A stretch of DNA of 64,000 nucleotides from Vicugna vicugna (Eukaryota), in contig MU057887.1 in assembly GCA_013265495.1 (NCBI GenBank), positions 3,383,576 to 3,447,575 on the forward strand. Reading direction: 5' to 3'. This document shows, in pieces, positions 11,380 to 24,370 of this stretch; the stretch's first letter is position 1; each line of letters starts with the position of its first letter. A program made the translations under genes and the position numbers. The notes below the pieces were generated by a model. The model made no database searches. It was not told the origin of the DNA and worked only from the letters and a program-made list of their open reading frames with translations.

Positions 11380-13045
11380 TGCACCGTTCGCTGTGAAAGA
11401 GATCACGGGGTGGACAAAGAAACAGGAGACAGTGAGCAAAAGATGGCAGAGAAAGAGAATTAAAGGAAAACAAAGAAACCAGAAATGGACAAAAGACCCA
11501 AACCAGTAATACGTTCCCAAAAACAGAGAGAGACTAACGAAGGTGAACAATGAAGAGCAGGCTTTTCAGAAGCCAAACACAGAGAGTTTGCACCAATGGA
11601 CTCTTTCTTAAAGAAGTTAGGTATACATTTCACATAGAAGGACAGCATTGCCGGACGAAGGTCTGAAATTAAACAAGGGTGAAGCAGAAAGAAATTGGAA
11701 AATATGAGATAAATGTAATTAACTATGAAAACTATAATAATCTTGTTATGTTATTTAAAAAGGGAATATTAAATTTATAACAGTTACAGTAAATAAGTCA
11801 GAGAGGTGATTACAATATTCTGTGGTCTTTGTAATACATGGAGAAGGTTACGAAGATTAGCTAGTGTTATGCGTGGATGAATTAAATGTAGGAATGGTAA
11901 TATTCGTGGACTAATCACTAAAATAATAGAAACATAATGTACGTTGTCAGAATTGTCAGAGAAAAATTTGAAAGAGGAAAACAAATCAATGCAGAATAAA
12001 ACAAGAAAGGAGAGGAATAAAGAGCAAAGAAAGATCAGAAAAAGAACACAATATGAGAGTGATCATAAGTCCAGATGCATTACTGATTAAAATCAATGCA
12101 CTAGAATAAAAGCTCATTTAAAAGGCAAAGACAATCAGATCAGCTCTAGTAAGAGCCAACTATATTGCACTTGCAAGTAAAAGGAAATCATAAGGGCACA
12201 GGAAAACTGAAAGGTAAGTAGATGTGCAATTAGTCTAATTATATCAATATGGGAATCAGATACACCACAAGTCAAAGGCATTGTAAGAAATAAGGAGGGC
12301 TACATCCGCTGAAATGTTTAACTCCTAGAGAAGTCACGTTTGAAAATCTGTGTGCACCTCCTCATGTGGCCTCCAAGTGTGTGAAGCAAAATGAAGTCAC
12401 AGTCACAGGAGCACCACTCTCAGTAGCTGACAGAACGGGCAGAAGGACAATCTGCACCAAAACGAAAGATCTGAGGAATGCGGTTAGCAAGCTATTCCCC
12501 AAAACCGAAGAAGACACGTTTTCACATTATTTTAAAACACACCAAGAATATTAGTGGAAGTAACCACTCCCTCCAAAATCCCAAATTTGGCGAATGTACA
12601 CATGCAAGGCGTCAGTGAGCCACAAGCAGGAGAAATAAAAATGAGGCACCAATAAGACGCAACAAAATCAAATAATTAAAATCGAAGGACAAATAGCATC
12701 TTGCAAATAGAGAAAAATAATACATTTCTTTCATAGGAACAGACACATGAAAGACAGCTGACTTCCCATAAGAACCACCAGAGACCAGGAGACAATGGAA
12801 AATGTCAGCCCATGAATCTATATATAAAAAAAAATTAATAAACTTCATAAGTAAAGGTGAAGTAAAGATATTTGTACATGAATCAAAACTGAGAAAATTC
12901 ATTGCAAGTAGGCTTTCACTACAAGACGTGATGTAAATGGTCAACTCAGATCCATATAAAAGAAAAAAACCACCAGAAATGCCAGCTATGCGGGCAAACA
13001 TAGAAGAATAAAAAGTGAATAAAGATGTGTACATGTATGCATCTA
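11380..13045 (+). mobile_element. Ancient L1 (L1M/L1ME-like) 5' fragments: ORF1 end, spacer, ORF2 endonuclease start, then a second ORF1 end
   Basis: A-rich plus strand; aacgaaggtgaacaatgaagagcaggcttttcagaagcc and aaaggtgaagtaaagatatttgtac...aaaactgagaaaattcattgcaagtagg resemble the L1 ORF1 C-terminus; gccaactatattgcacttgcaag resembles the EN region. Confidence 0.7.
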
Positions 13046-13049
13046 TATA

Positions 13050-13688
13050 TGTGCTGGGGGATCTCTGAAACCCCTTGGGCTTGGCGATTCACTAGAAAGT
13101 CTCCCAGGACTCAGAAACACTGTATGCTCATGGTGACACTTTATCACATCAAAAGGAGACAGATGAACATGAGTGTAGGAGGAGGTGGCTGGGCAGAGGC
13201 TAGGAGGCCGGGCGCGAGCTCCCAGGCGTCCCCGCAGTGGGTTGCCTGGACTGTGCTCGCCTACGTCTCCCAGCAAGGATGTGGGACACACACAGAGCTG
13301 CCAACCAGGGAAACTCACCCAAGCCTTTGTGTCCAGGAGTCGTTACCGGGGGTCAGGCTCCTCGGCGTGAAACACCCACACGACTGACCCCAGCTACTCA
13401 GTCTCCGGTCCCCCGGAGGTCACAGTGATGTGGTGTCGCCCAGGGCTGTAGGCATGCCAAAACAGGCATCCGCCTGAGTCACGTTGTCAGCATAAACCGT
13501 CAAGTCAAACAGAGCCAGTGGGGCTTGCAACTTCAGATGCACAAAAATACTCATGTTAGGCAGGATATTCCAGCGTTCAGAGGTTACCCCCACGGAGCTG
13601 GTCAAAATTTAGCCCCGAAGACAGTGCCTTCCTGGGAATGCGTGGGGCTTGAGCCACTCAGACCTGCTGAGTCACTATTTCCTGCATG
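13050..13688. mobile_element. ERVL LTR, MER77/MER21-family, inserted in the L1 cluster
   Basis: tgtgctgggggatctctgaaacccc...gcgattcactagaaagtctcccaggactcag...ctcatggtgacactttatcac...aaaaggagaca and the terminus cctgctgagtcactatttcctgca match this family. Confidence 0.75.
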
Positions 13689-13689
13689 G

Positions 13690-14690
13690 TATATTGATGT
13701 ATAAAAGTAGGTACATACAATTTCTTTTCTTTCCTTAGTTTATTTAAAAGACACAGAATAGTTTAAATCAAAAAAAAATGTGTCTATGAGGTTTACAAGT
13801 CCTAAACCACGACAGCACAGAGGACTGTACATTACACAAGTCATACCGTGTGAACTCTGAACAGACTGTGGTAGGTTAAAGACGCACATCCAGAGCAACC
13901 ATTTCACATTATGCAAAACAGGTACAAAAATCACAAGACAAGAATCAAAAAGGCCAGGAAACAAAGACCCCACAGATAGAACAGGAGGAAGAAAAACTGA
14001 ATTCACAGATGTCATGATCGTTATTAATATAGAAAAAAGTAGGGGATCAAAATATTTTACTAAAATTAATAAATGAATTTATCCAGGATTCAAGGTCAAT
14101 ATACAAAAATAAATTGTATTTCTATACACTAGCAGAAAATAAATTAAAGATAAAGTCTTTACAACAAATCCTGTTTACAATAATGTCAAAAAACATGCAA
14201 TTCTTGGAAACAGATTTAACAAAAGACGTGCAAAACTACACTGAAAACTACATAAGCTGATGAGAAATTAAACATCTAAACAAATGAAGAGAGTTTTGGG
14301 ATTGGATGGCTAAATATTTTTAAGTTGTCAACCTTCCCTAAATTGACCTCTAGATTCAGTATAATCACAAATAGATTCTCAACACCATTTCTCAATATAA
14401 AAATCAAAACCTTGGTTCTAAATTCTATGGAAATTTAAGAATCTTGAAAAATCAAACAACTTATGTAACAGAACCATGCTGGGCCTCACACATGCTGCTT
14501 TAGGGCTCACAGAGGCAGGAAGTAAATAATGTACAAGGATAAGGGGGGACAAACAGGTGAGTAGGACAAACAGAACAGAGTCTGGGAATGGGCTGACAAC
14601 TACAGGGCCAACTGGCTTCTTCGGCAAAAGCATCAAAGGAAACACCGCCGAGGAGCGGTGCTCAGGTACCTGGGCGTCCACACCGGACAA
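13690..14690 (+). mobile_element. Ancient L1 fragments including the ORF2 post-RT region
   Basis: aataaatgaattt...caaggtcaatatacaaaaataaattgtatttctatacactagca...tttaacaaaagacgtgcaaaac...ccctaaattgacctctagattcagt is L1 ORF2. Confidence 0.85.
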
Positions 14691-16375
14691 GAAAGAAGAA
14701 GGCCTGCACGGGAGTTGCTGTGAAGTCCTCAGCCCCGTCCTGCACGACAACAAGAAGAGCTGAGCAAACTGAAAATCAGCGATTCTTCTTAGACCCACCA
14801 GAGAACTGAGGTCCTAAACCTGGAGAGACAGACAGGCAGACACAAAGGACCGCGGCGCAACGGGAGCGCGAGCCCACGAGACGAATGGGAGCGACGCGTG
14901 CCTTTCGTGGACTCGTTAGTAGACGGGACACAGTGGAGGGAAAAATCAGTGAGGCTGAAGACATGGCAGTAGAAGTGTCCCAGACTGAAAGGTGAAGGGG
15001 AAAAGCAGAATACCCAAGAACCGTGCGGCGATCGTGAAAGACACAGCACAGCTTTAACGGGAGCACCACAAGAAGAGAGAACGATAAAAGCAGTTATTTG
15101 AAACAACGACTGAAGATTTTCCAAAATTAGTGACACACACCAAGTCACAGACCCAGGAAACTCAGGGACTCCCAAGCAGGATAAGTACCAGGAAATCTGT
15201 ACCAAACAGCAAAAGCTCGAAGGCCAGGAGGAAACCCTGCAGCCGATTTGCAGGGGGTGGGGGAGGGCGGGTAAGGAAAAGACTTACCTCAGACGGCGCT
15301 TCAGAAATGCTGCCAACGAGAAGCGAGGGAACCAAAATATTTTAAATGTTGGGGGGAGAAAAGAATTCTGTATCCAGTAAAATCATCTTGCAAAAATAAA
15401 GGAGAAATAGACTTTACCAGACAAACAAAACTTGAGTGAATTTACTATGAGTAGACCTGCCTTGCAAGAAAAGGTTTTAAAAATTCTTCAGAGAAAAAAA
15501 GAAAAATTACATAGGTCAGAAACTTGGATCTACATAAAGAACCTTAAAGAAGGAATAAACGAAAGTAAAATGAACTGACTGCTTTTTCTTCTGTTAATTG
15601 ATGCAGAAGATAAAAATTTGTTCGATAGTAACGGCAACAACGCAGTCAGCGATCGTAGCTTAAGCACGAGGGAGAAGAGCGAGCACCCCAGGCCCGGGGC
15701 GGGGAGCCGGCGGCGCCGTGACGAGGACGCACACTGTCTGTGAGTGGCCTCGTGCTGCTCCGCAGGTGGACTTGAGTTATCTGTAAACTCTAAAAAGAAT
15801 TTTAAGTGTGATTGATATGCTGAGAGAAGAGAAAATCCTGTAATCCTGGAATCCTGTAAAATGCTCAGTTAAAGTCAGAGAAGGCAGGAAAAGAGAGTGG
15901 AAAGCAAGAAAAAGAAGCAAAGAAGAAGGGCAGCTAGAGAAACAGGGACAAGTGTGGCAGATGTTAATCCAAATATGTTAACAGTGACTTTAAACATCAA
16001 CCATCTAAATGCATCAATTGTGAAACAGACTATCAGAGTGTGTTAAAAAAAAAAAAGAAGAAGGGGGAAGTGAGACCCAGCTGTATGTTGTCCACAAGAA
16101 ACTCACTTCCTCCAGAAACACACAGTGGATTAAAAGTAAAGGAGTAGAGAAAGGCCACACTAACATGAATCAGAAGAGAACTGGAGCAGGTGTATTAATT
16201 CCAGGCAGAGCAAACTTGACAGCAGGAAAAAAATCGTGGGAGACAAAGAGGGACATTGCATAACGGTAAAGGGGTCGATTCTCCTGGAAGTCTTGACAGC
16301 CCGTAACAGGGACGCACCTGGCAACGCAGCCTCCAAACGCACCAGGCGAGATCTGGGAGAACCGCAGAGACAGAC
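14690..16375 (+). mobile_element. L1 (L1MC/MD-like) 5' part: 5'UTR remnant, ORF1, spacer, ORF2 endonuclease
   Basis: aagagctgagcaaactgaaaatcagcgattcttcttagacccaccagagaactgaggtc (5'UTR); aaaatcagtgaggctgaagaca, attctgtatccagtaaaatc (ORF1); gacccagctgtatgttgtccacaagaaactcacttc (EN). Confidence 0.8.
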
Positions 16376-17900
16376 GGGGAAAACGCGTTCATCCTTCTCT
16401 CTCGCCACACGCAGAAATTAGCTTGAGGTGGATCATGGACTCAGACAGAAAAACAAAATCACAAAGCCTTAAGACAAGCCGCAGGAGAACACCACAACGA
16501 CTTGCGGGTAAGCAGAGGTTTCCTACAAAGGTCGTAGGAGGTGATGACCGCAAGAGAGAGCACTGACAAAGGGGCATCCTTGGGAGCATGAGCTTCTGCT
16601 CATCGAAGACCTCTGCTGCAAGCAGACGGCGGGAGAAACATTTGTGAGATGTGTATCTGACAAAGGACGTGTGTCTGAATGGGGCAAGAAACACATACCT
16701 CTCAGTTATAAAAGGACAAATAACCCAATGAAAAACGGACAGAGGGCTTCCAAAGTCTCCACCCAGGAAGCCATGCAAATGGGCGCTGGACATCCGAGAA
16801 AGTGCTTCAGACCAGTATTCATCAAGGAGACGCGAATTAAAACCCCAGTGAGCTGCCGTCGCACATGCTCCAGAAGAGTTCAGCACACGGGGACCGGCCC
16901 TGTCGAGCACCGGCAAGCATCCGGGGCAAGGAGAGCTCTCCTCCGTCACTGATCGGAATGCGAAGCACCAGGCCTGCTTTGGAAAACGGCTGAGGCATGT
17001 CTTATACAGCTGAGCGTGCAAGTGCTGAGCCAGCAGTCCCACCGCGAGGCACACATCCAAGGGCGAGGAACAAGTGTTGCAAAAAGACTTGCCCCCGAGT
17101 GCTCAGAGCCGCTTTGTTTACAATACGTAATTGTCTGTCCGATGCAACTGTCCAGCAGCAGCAGAACAGATATGAATTTAAATCTCAAAGTATGCAGTGT
17201 TGGCAGGATGCGGAGCAACTGCAACTATTTATGCACCATCGAGCAATCACTTTGGAAAATAACTTGTCAAATAGAGTGAGCTTGAGCGTGATTTACGTTC
17301 CGGCAATGCCACGTCTTGGTTTGAGATCCAGCACGTTCCCTGCCTGGAGAGATGTGCAAGGAAGTTCACAGGCGTCTCGTGCAGGAAAGCACAAAGCTAG
17401 AGCACTGGAGAGAACCCAGATGTCCAGCGATCGCGGAGTAAGTAAGTGAGATACGTTTATGTATTCACGCGAAGGAACACGCTCTGTCCGCGAGTGTGAA
17501 CGCATTTCAGCGACAGGCGGCAGCAGCCACTTTCCGTCAGGAGCACAACCACCTTAAGAACTGGCCGGTCTTAGACATGGTTCCACTTGATACGGAGTGA
17601 TTGTCTTTCGCGGTCCAAAAACATGCCAAAATACGCCGTATCCTGTTAGGACTGCGTGTGCAAACTTGTACTAGCGATAAAGACAGGTGGAGGGGACACA
17701 GCTCTCGGGACACCTGCTGCGGCCGAGGTGGGACGGGGCAGGGTGCACGGGGCTTCCAGGCAGCGCTGGCCGCCGACACTAGGTGAGGAGGTGACACAAG
17801 GTGCTCACCGCGGTGTTGCCCTAGACCCCGTGAGACTTAAAGCATCCGCCCCACGCCGTTGCCCTTCTCGGCAGAGCGAGTGCCTCTACTTTCCACGCTG
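16375..17900 (+). mobile_element. Ancient L1 ORF2 3' region and 3'UTR (two partly redundant pieces), GC-shifted
   Basis: ctcgccacacgcagaaattagcttgaggtggatcatggac, tatctgacaaaggac, aaataacccaatgaaaaacggac; the zinc-knuckle region appears twice (~16900-17150 and ~17190-17450). Confidence 0.75.
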
Positions 17901-18519
17901 TTGGCATCCGTGCAAACATTCGCATTCAAATCACCACTCATCCCCCCTTACCGCAAGCTCATCGCAATTTAAAAAGAGAAGGAAAGTATCAAGTTGCAGT
18001 GCGTGACCTCCACACGGCCTTGGAGTAAAACATCCACTCATTTCTGATTCGCATGGAGGCAGATGCTGCCCTTCCGCCTTCGAAGGCGCTCAGCCCACCA
18101 CACACCCCCCACCGCCCGACCGCAGAGCCCCCGGCGCCTGCTGGCCGCAGAGGCGAGCGGACAGCCCTGGCGGGCACGCACCTGCGGGGAGGGGTCGCAC
18201 CCGGCGCAGGTGTGCCAAGGCGGCGCAGGCACCGGGCCGAGGGCGCGCCTCCGCCCACCTTCTGCCGACGCGCAGAGGCTGGTCCGACCCCGAGGACCCC
18301 TCGGGCGCGGTCTTCACCTGTCCATGGTCCCGATTCCTCATGTCTTTTCAGACCCAGCCAACCCTCTCACCTGCTTCTGAGTTAGGAGCCCTCCTCTGAG
18401 GCCCTGCCAGGCCTCCGTCCACGGTCCCCACAGTGTCACCGCATCCCCCGGCAGGACTGTCAAGGAGAACGCTTATGCTTTTTTCAACGTTTCTGACGAG
18501 GTCAAGGAGAAATTCTCAA

Positions 18520-18895
18520 CCGTGTGACTTTGCTAATATCCCTCGAAGTGACACGCTGGTGTCCTAGGCCCTGGTGCCTAGAGTGCAACTGTTTGGAAAC
18601 AGGGTCCTTGCCGATGTGACCAGGTGACGATGATGTCATCAGTGCAGGCCCTTAATCTAATGTGAAAAGGGGAATTCGGACACACAGAGGGCCACGGGAT
18701 GACGAGGGCCCAGCCCAGGACGCCTGGGGCCCTAGGAGCTGGAAGAGGCAGGAAGGCCTGTCCCCGGGCCCTGGAGGGAGCAGGGCCTGCGACACCGTGA
18801 TCCAGGGCTCCTGGCCTCCGGCGCGTGGGAGGACCGGCCCCCATTGCTGAAGCTGCCTTGTGTCAGTGTGTCAGACAGCCCCAGGAAGCTGTCAG
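18520..18895 (+). mobile_element. ERVL-MaLR LTR, MLT1B/C-like
   Basis: tttggaaacagggtccttgccgatgtg...ggagctggaagaggcaggaagg...gagggagcagggcctgcgacacc...cagccccaggaagct. Confidence 0.8.
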
Positions 18896-19498
18896 AATCC
18901 CTTTTGGCGAGGGCTGGGGGTGCCAAGCGCAGCACACAGCCGCCCACAGTGTCACCCAGGTGTCATCGAAGGCCCTGTGTCCCCTGCTCATGCCTTCATG
19001 GGGGACCCTCCTCAGGGCAGGGCCACTAGGTCTCCACTTAGAGGGAAACTTAAACTTTCTCCTCGCTTACATGAATGTGTCTATGGCTTTAAAAGGAAGT
19101 CAGTCCCAGGCAAGCAGCATCAGCCAGGAGGGCGGCCAGCACAGCCACCGCCCACGGGAGGAGGGGCCTCCTGCGCCCTGGGCACTGCCGCCCATGGGGC
19201 CGCCAGCTCCTGCAGGAGGGCAGACGGCCGCGAGGACCACACCCCTCCCTGGGAACAAAGACGCCCCAAGCACATGTCCCGTCCGGAGCTCCGAGGCCAC
19301 CTGGGGAGGACCAGAGGCCCCAGAGGGTGGGGAGGGTGGGGAGGGCCCCCGGCGGGTGAGGCCACTGCAGGCTGGGAGGGGAGGTCAAGGCACAGGAGGT
19401 CACTTGTCCAGGTTTCACTCACAGCCCCCCACGGTCTGATTATGTGGACTTGACCTGACCTTGGAGGGAAGACACCCAGTGTGCTCACAACCAAAAGC

Positions 19499-19640
19499 GG
19501 ACAGAGACAGAGAGAGACAGAGACAGGGAGACAGGGAGAGGCACAGAGACACAGAGGCAGAGAAAGACAGAGACACAGAGACAGAGACACAGAGAGGCAC
19601 AGAGACAGAGAGAGACAGAGACACAGAGACAGAGAGACAG
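19499..19640. repeat. (GA)/(GACA)-rich simple repeat
   Basis: gacagagacagagagagacag... directly visible. Confidence 0.97.
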
Positions 19641-21509
19641 GGAGCAGGGGTCTCTCCCCGTGCCCTGACGGGCAGCACGTGCTGGACCCCCTCTGAGGCG
19701 CTGGCCCAGGGCGTGCTCTGCCTGGGGGACCCCAGAGGGCCCGGTCCCTGAGACTTTGCAGGGAGGAGACGCACCACCCCCCAGGACCCCGACGCTGGGG
19801 AGAGCAGGACCTCACGCCCCCACCAGGCCTGCAGCCTTCAGAGCCTGCGACTACACCCGCCAGGTACAGGAGCCCCAGCGTCCTCCCCACGGGGACAGCT
19901 CCCCAGGGCTCCAGGCCCCCAGGGCCCGGTTCCTTTGCTCCTCGGGGACTTGCCTGGGTGACAGCATGGAAGAGAAGGCACAGGCCTGGCCCGCAGGCAG
20001 CACCCCCCACCCAGGATACCCCAGCATCTGCTCTGCCTGCCTGCCTGCATCCCCACAGCAGGTCTCCGGGTGGCCCTGCGAGTCTCGGCTCCCACCTCTG
20101 ACCACCGTGAGTCCAGGGCCTGACCCCAGGTCCCGAGCGCCCACCCTGTCTTCAGGAAGAAGGGCCCCAGCTGAGTCCAGGCTCCAGGACTCTCTGTCCA
20201 GCCTGGCCGTCCAGCTCCCTGTGTCAGGATGGAGGTGGGTGAGGGGCTCTGAGCCCCCGACAGGTGCTGCATCCGCACGTCCAGGCCTCTCCTGTCTTTT
20301 TGGCCAGCCTTCACCTGTGAGTCCATGGGAGGCTCCTGGGCCCATCAAGGCAGGACAAGTGTGAGGGTGAGGGGGACAGGCCACCCCAGGGAGAAGGGGA
20401 AGGGCCTGTGCCCGCAGTAGGACAGTGTCAGACGTGTGCGGTGGCTGGTGTGGGCTGGCACGGTGGTCACCACCCCACCCCTCTGCTTCTCCAGCTGGGC
20501 TGCCTGGGTGCTGCCAGGGACAGGGAGGGTCACCCTGGGGGGCACGCAGGCCCTGGGGGAGATGGCAGGAGGGAGCCCAGCATGCGGGGTGGGCGTGTCC
20601 AACACCAACGCCCCCCACCACCCAGCCCAGTGTGTCCCCGGCCGTGCCTCCCTGTGACCGGGGGTCCGGGACTCCTGTAGTGTCTGCTCACTCGGGGTCT
20701 GGCTCCCGGAGCCTTCCCCACCCAGCAGAGGAGGGACGGGGTCGGGGTGCGTGCACAGTGGTTCTGAGCTGGGGCCCAAGGCAGCCTTTCCCCACAGGCA
20801 CCTGGGAAAAAGTCCTGAACCCACCTGGCAGGGACAGTGGGCCACTGGGGACGAGGTTTCGTCACCTCAGGACCCCACTTTCCCCCCAGCTGTGTGCGGC
20901 AGAGGCTCCGTCACCACCAAAACCACACTGTCCCCAAGAAAGGAGGGACAGCTGGGGCCCCTGGTGGGACTGCAGCACCCAGGATCCTCTCTGGTCTCTG
21001 CACTTTTTGTTTTAAGGATTCAGTCTTTTTCTCCCATCAGAAGCCATCCAACTCTAGAGAGGTGGGCCCTGCAGAAACTGTTAGCAGGGCTGCGATCCCA
21101 CCCAGGGTGGGTGCCCCAGGGCCCTGAGCTCCCGGCCTACCGGGGTTCATCTGGGGCACAGAGACCGCCCGCGGTGCCCTGAGTGGGGAGCCTCCCCTCT
21201 GGCTCCTGGGCCCTCGGACAGGGGGACGTGTGTTGGGGGCAGGGGTGCTCTGGACGGGCAGCATCCTTCTTCTGGGGACATCGTCTCCCCCTCCAGCCTC
21301 TCCTGCCCCTGGGGGCACGGGCCCCTCTCTGGGCTCCGGGACAGAGGAGCGGGTGGGGGCATCGCCCGGCCAACAGGAAGCCCACGTGCGACGTGATGCC
21401 GCAGGGACAGGGGAGACCGGGACCGGCTCCCAGACCAGCTCTGTCTTGGCCGGGAGAGGGGGGCCCCCCAGGACAGCCCGGAGCCCCGTCTCCTTGGCAG
21501 CCGGACCCG

Positions 21510-22170
21510 GTCTGATTTTCATTCTTTAAGGCTCCTCTCGGCTGAGCTCAGTTAATTACAAAGCTAGTTCGCACTCCGTTACTTTCGTTTGCCTCCGCCT
21601 CCCGGTGCGGGGCAATTAGGCCCCGGCATTCAGGCACAGCGGAGCGTGACCGGAGCCCCCGCCCGCCCTGGCGAGGGGCGACGGCGGGCTGCGGGCGGGT
21701 GACGCGCTCCCCCCGGGCCGGGCGCCGGCGGCCCCGCCACGGTCACGCGGGGAAGAGTCCCCACAAATTAATCAGCAATTAAACCTTTATTTATAAAAGC
21801 GGTCCGGGGATGCACAGCTTGTTAAAATGCAGACCATTGTTTCCAGCCCACATTTAAATAAGACGTGAGCAGGAATCCCAGAGACTGACGGCGCGCCAGC
21901 CAGAACAGCAAAAAACAACTTGCTGAATATTAATGAACTGAAAATGTCATTTCTGGTCCAATTACTAGAAGTAATTAGGTTTTTTTTAATTATGGAGGAA
22001 GTGGAATTTTAATAAGGTCAATTTTACAATTACAGTTTAAAAAATACTAATTGTGTTGTCACCACACCTTATATAATAAATGACATTCACTGGCCAACAT
22101 CTGTTGATTTTATGTAAATAAAGCGAAAGTGTCATTGTGCTGTGTTCTTCGAGGAGGGACAATAAAATGA
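21510..22170. promoter_or_regulatory. Small CpG island adjoining an AT-rich homeodomain-site block; candidate conserved enhancer or promoter
   Basis: CpG-dense 21560-21760 with GC boxes; TATAAAAG at 21792-21799; many TAAT/ATTA cores in 21765-22130; no repeat similarity recognised. Confidence 0.55.
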
Positions 22171-22704
22171 GAGCGAAACGGTGGGCGACACGGGATGAGG
22201 GCTGCCCCCGGGAGCCCGCGGCCGCGCAGGAAGGGGTCGCGTGGCACCTGGTCTGGCGTGCCGTGAATAGGGGGCGTCACAGGTTCCACTCAAATTCAGG
22301 CCTCCATCTGAGCTGCCCTGCCGGTGCCCCAGCTGTCACCAAGGCTCCGCTGGCTCCCCCGCCCAAGCCCGCAGGCTACAGGCAGCGCCCGCCCCTGGCT
22401 GGGCTTGAATCCAGTCCGACCCCTGGGGTCCAGGTCCCGGTCCAAGCGGACCCCTAGACCCTGCCCTGAACTCCTGGGCCCAAACGTGGGGACACATCAT
22501 GTGGGGGCTGCCCCCAGCGCACGCCTGACAGACAACGGGCGTGAAGGAGCTGCTCGCAGCCACGTGCTGGCCTGACCACTTCTCTGGTGCTTCATCCACC
22601 CTCAAACCAGCCTCAAGGCATCCACCGTTTCTGCCTCCACTTTGGACACCAGAGGAGCCGGGATCCCAGGACGCAGGCCAGTGGGAGGCAGAGCCAGGCC
22701 AGTT

Positions 22705-23213
22705 TCCCTTTTTTTATTAATTTGTTTGCTTGCTTGTTTTTAATTGACCTGCAGCACCTTGTCAGCTCCTGTTACCCAGCATGGGGACTTGTTATTTCCA
22801 CACGTTTCAAAATCACCACCAAGAGAAGGCTGGTTACACCTGTCTCTGCACAGAGACATCACGTGGTTATTGACTTATTCACACCATACATTCCATCCCC
22901 GACTCATTTATTTTGTGCCTGGAAGTTTGTACCTTCTAATCTCAGCCACCTGTTTGTCCTCTGTATCTGTAACTCCTGCTTTGTTATGTTTGTTCATTTG
23001 TTTTGTTTTGTTTTGTTGGATTCCACATATAAGTGAAATCATACAGTGTTTGTCTTTCTCTGTCTGACTTGCTTCACTAGCATAGCACCCTCCAGGTCCA
23101 TCCATGTTGCCACAAATGGCAAGATTTCGTTCTTCTTCGTGGCTGAGTTGTATTCCATTGTGTACACATACCTTCTCTTTTCCATTCACCCATGGATGGA
23201 TATTTAGGTTGCT
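22705..23213 (-). mobile_element. L1 3' end (L1MA9/L1_Art-like), 5'-truncated
   Basis: T-rich tail; ctcatttattttgtgcctggaagtttgtacc; gattccacatataagtgaaatcatacagtgtttgtctttctctgtctgactt...ccaggtccatccatgttg. Confidence 0.92.
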
Positions 23214-24079
23214 AAATTCTTGAAAGGAGGAGCTGTGAAAAATTTATGGGTTTTGTTTCTTTTATCTCCCACAGAAAGTCAGGGCTCCCAGGACAGGAAA
23301 CCCAGAGGTCAGTGGCTGAGTCAGCAGGCCAAGGGTGCCCACGAGGCCCCTTCCTTTCCCTGTGCAGCACCCTCCTCCTGGATCTCCCCCTAGCCCTGCA
23401 GGAAGGCATCCACAGCTGCTCCAGACACCACATGCAGAAGCAGCAGCTCCCAGAGATGTAGGAGGGACGTCTCTTTTCGGAGCCCCATCCTGGGGGGTGG
23501 GAGATGCCCCGAGTCCCTCACACCTCTCTCTCCCCCGCCTGCTGGCCACAGGGACAGAGCTCCCAGACCCACGGGCCCATCACGGTTGGCCTCCTGGGCG
23601 AGGCCAGGTCATCAGGAGGGAGGGTCGGGGTGGACACCCAGCTGGAAGACAGACACTCCCCTGGAAGGTTCTGCCTAACCCCTCACAATGGAAGTCCCGG
23701 CGTGCTCCGGCGTCCTGCCCGCCCGGCCGAGGACAAGGCCTGCAGGGCAATTAGAGCCTGATGGACCTCACGGCCCACCCACCACAAGTGCCACGCAGGT
23801 CCGAGGGTGGAAATCTTTAGTGTCCTACAGAGATCCCCACCTGGCGTCGAGAGCTGTAAACCTCGGTTTAATCTGACGGCCCCACCATCTCCGGCTCCAT
23901 GGTGGCTCCGGGCCCCCGCCGGCCTCCTGTGTCATGTGACTGACATGGAGTTATCAGCACCAAGACTCTGGAAGTTAGGGCTCAGCCACTGCGCAGTGAC
24001 CCTTCTGGGGCCAGGAGAGTGAATAATGTGCCCAGTGAGGTTATTCTCAGATCCTGAGGATAATAAACCTCGGGGTGTG

Positions 24080-24370
24080 CTGTGCCAGTTTCCACCAGCA
24101 ACACCACAGATCCTGACAACAGAGACCTGGAAACACATCCATGCAGAAGCCGGCCCGAGGATGCCCACAGCAGCCCAGAGGAGGGACCAGCCTAGCGCCC
24201 AACAGCGGATGAACATGGTCCATCCACACCCGGGGACGTTACTCAGGAACATTCGCAAGGAGGGAAGTTCTGGCTCACACCGCCGCGTGGATGGACCTTG
24301 AGACCGTGGTGCTCAGTGAAGGAAGCCGGGCACGAAAGGCCATGAGTGTGCCCTGTCTCTGACCGCACAC
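24080..24370 (+). mobile_element. L1MB-like ORF2 end fragment, GC-shifted
   Basis: gcgtggatggaccttgagaccgtggtgctcagtgaaggaagccgggcacgaaaggcca resembles catggatgaaccttgaaaacattatgctaagtgaaagaagccagacacaaaaggcca. Confidence 0.75.
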
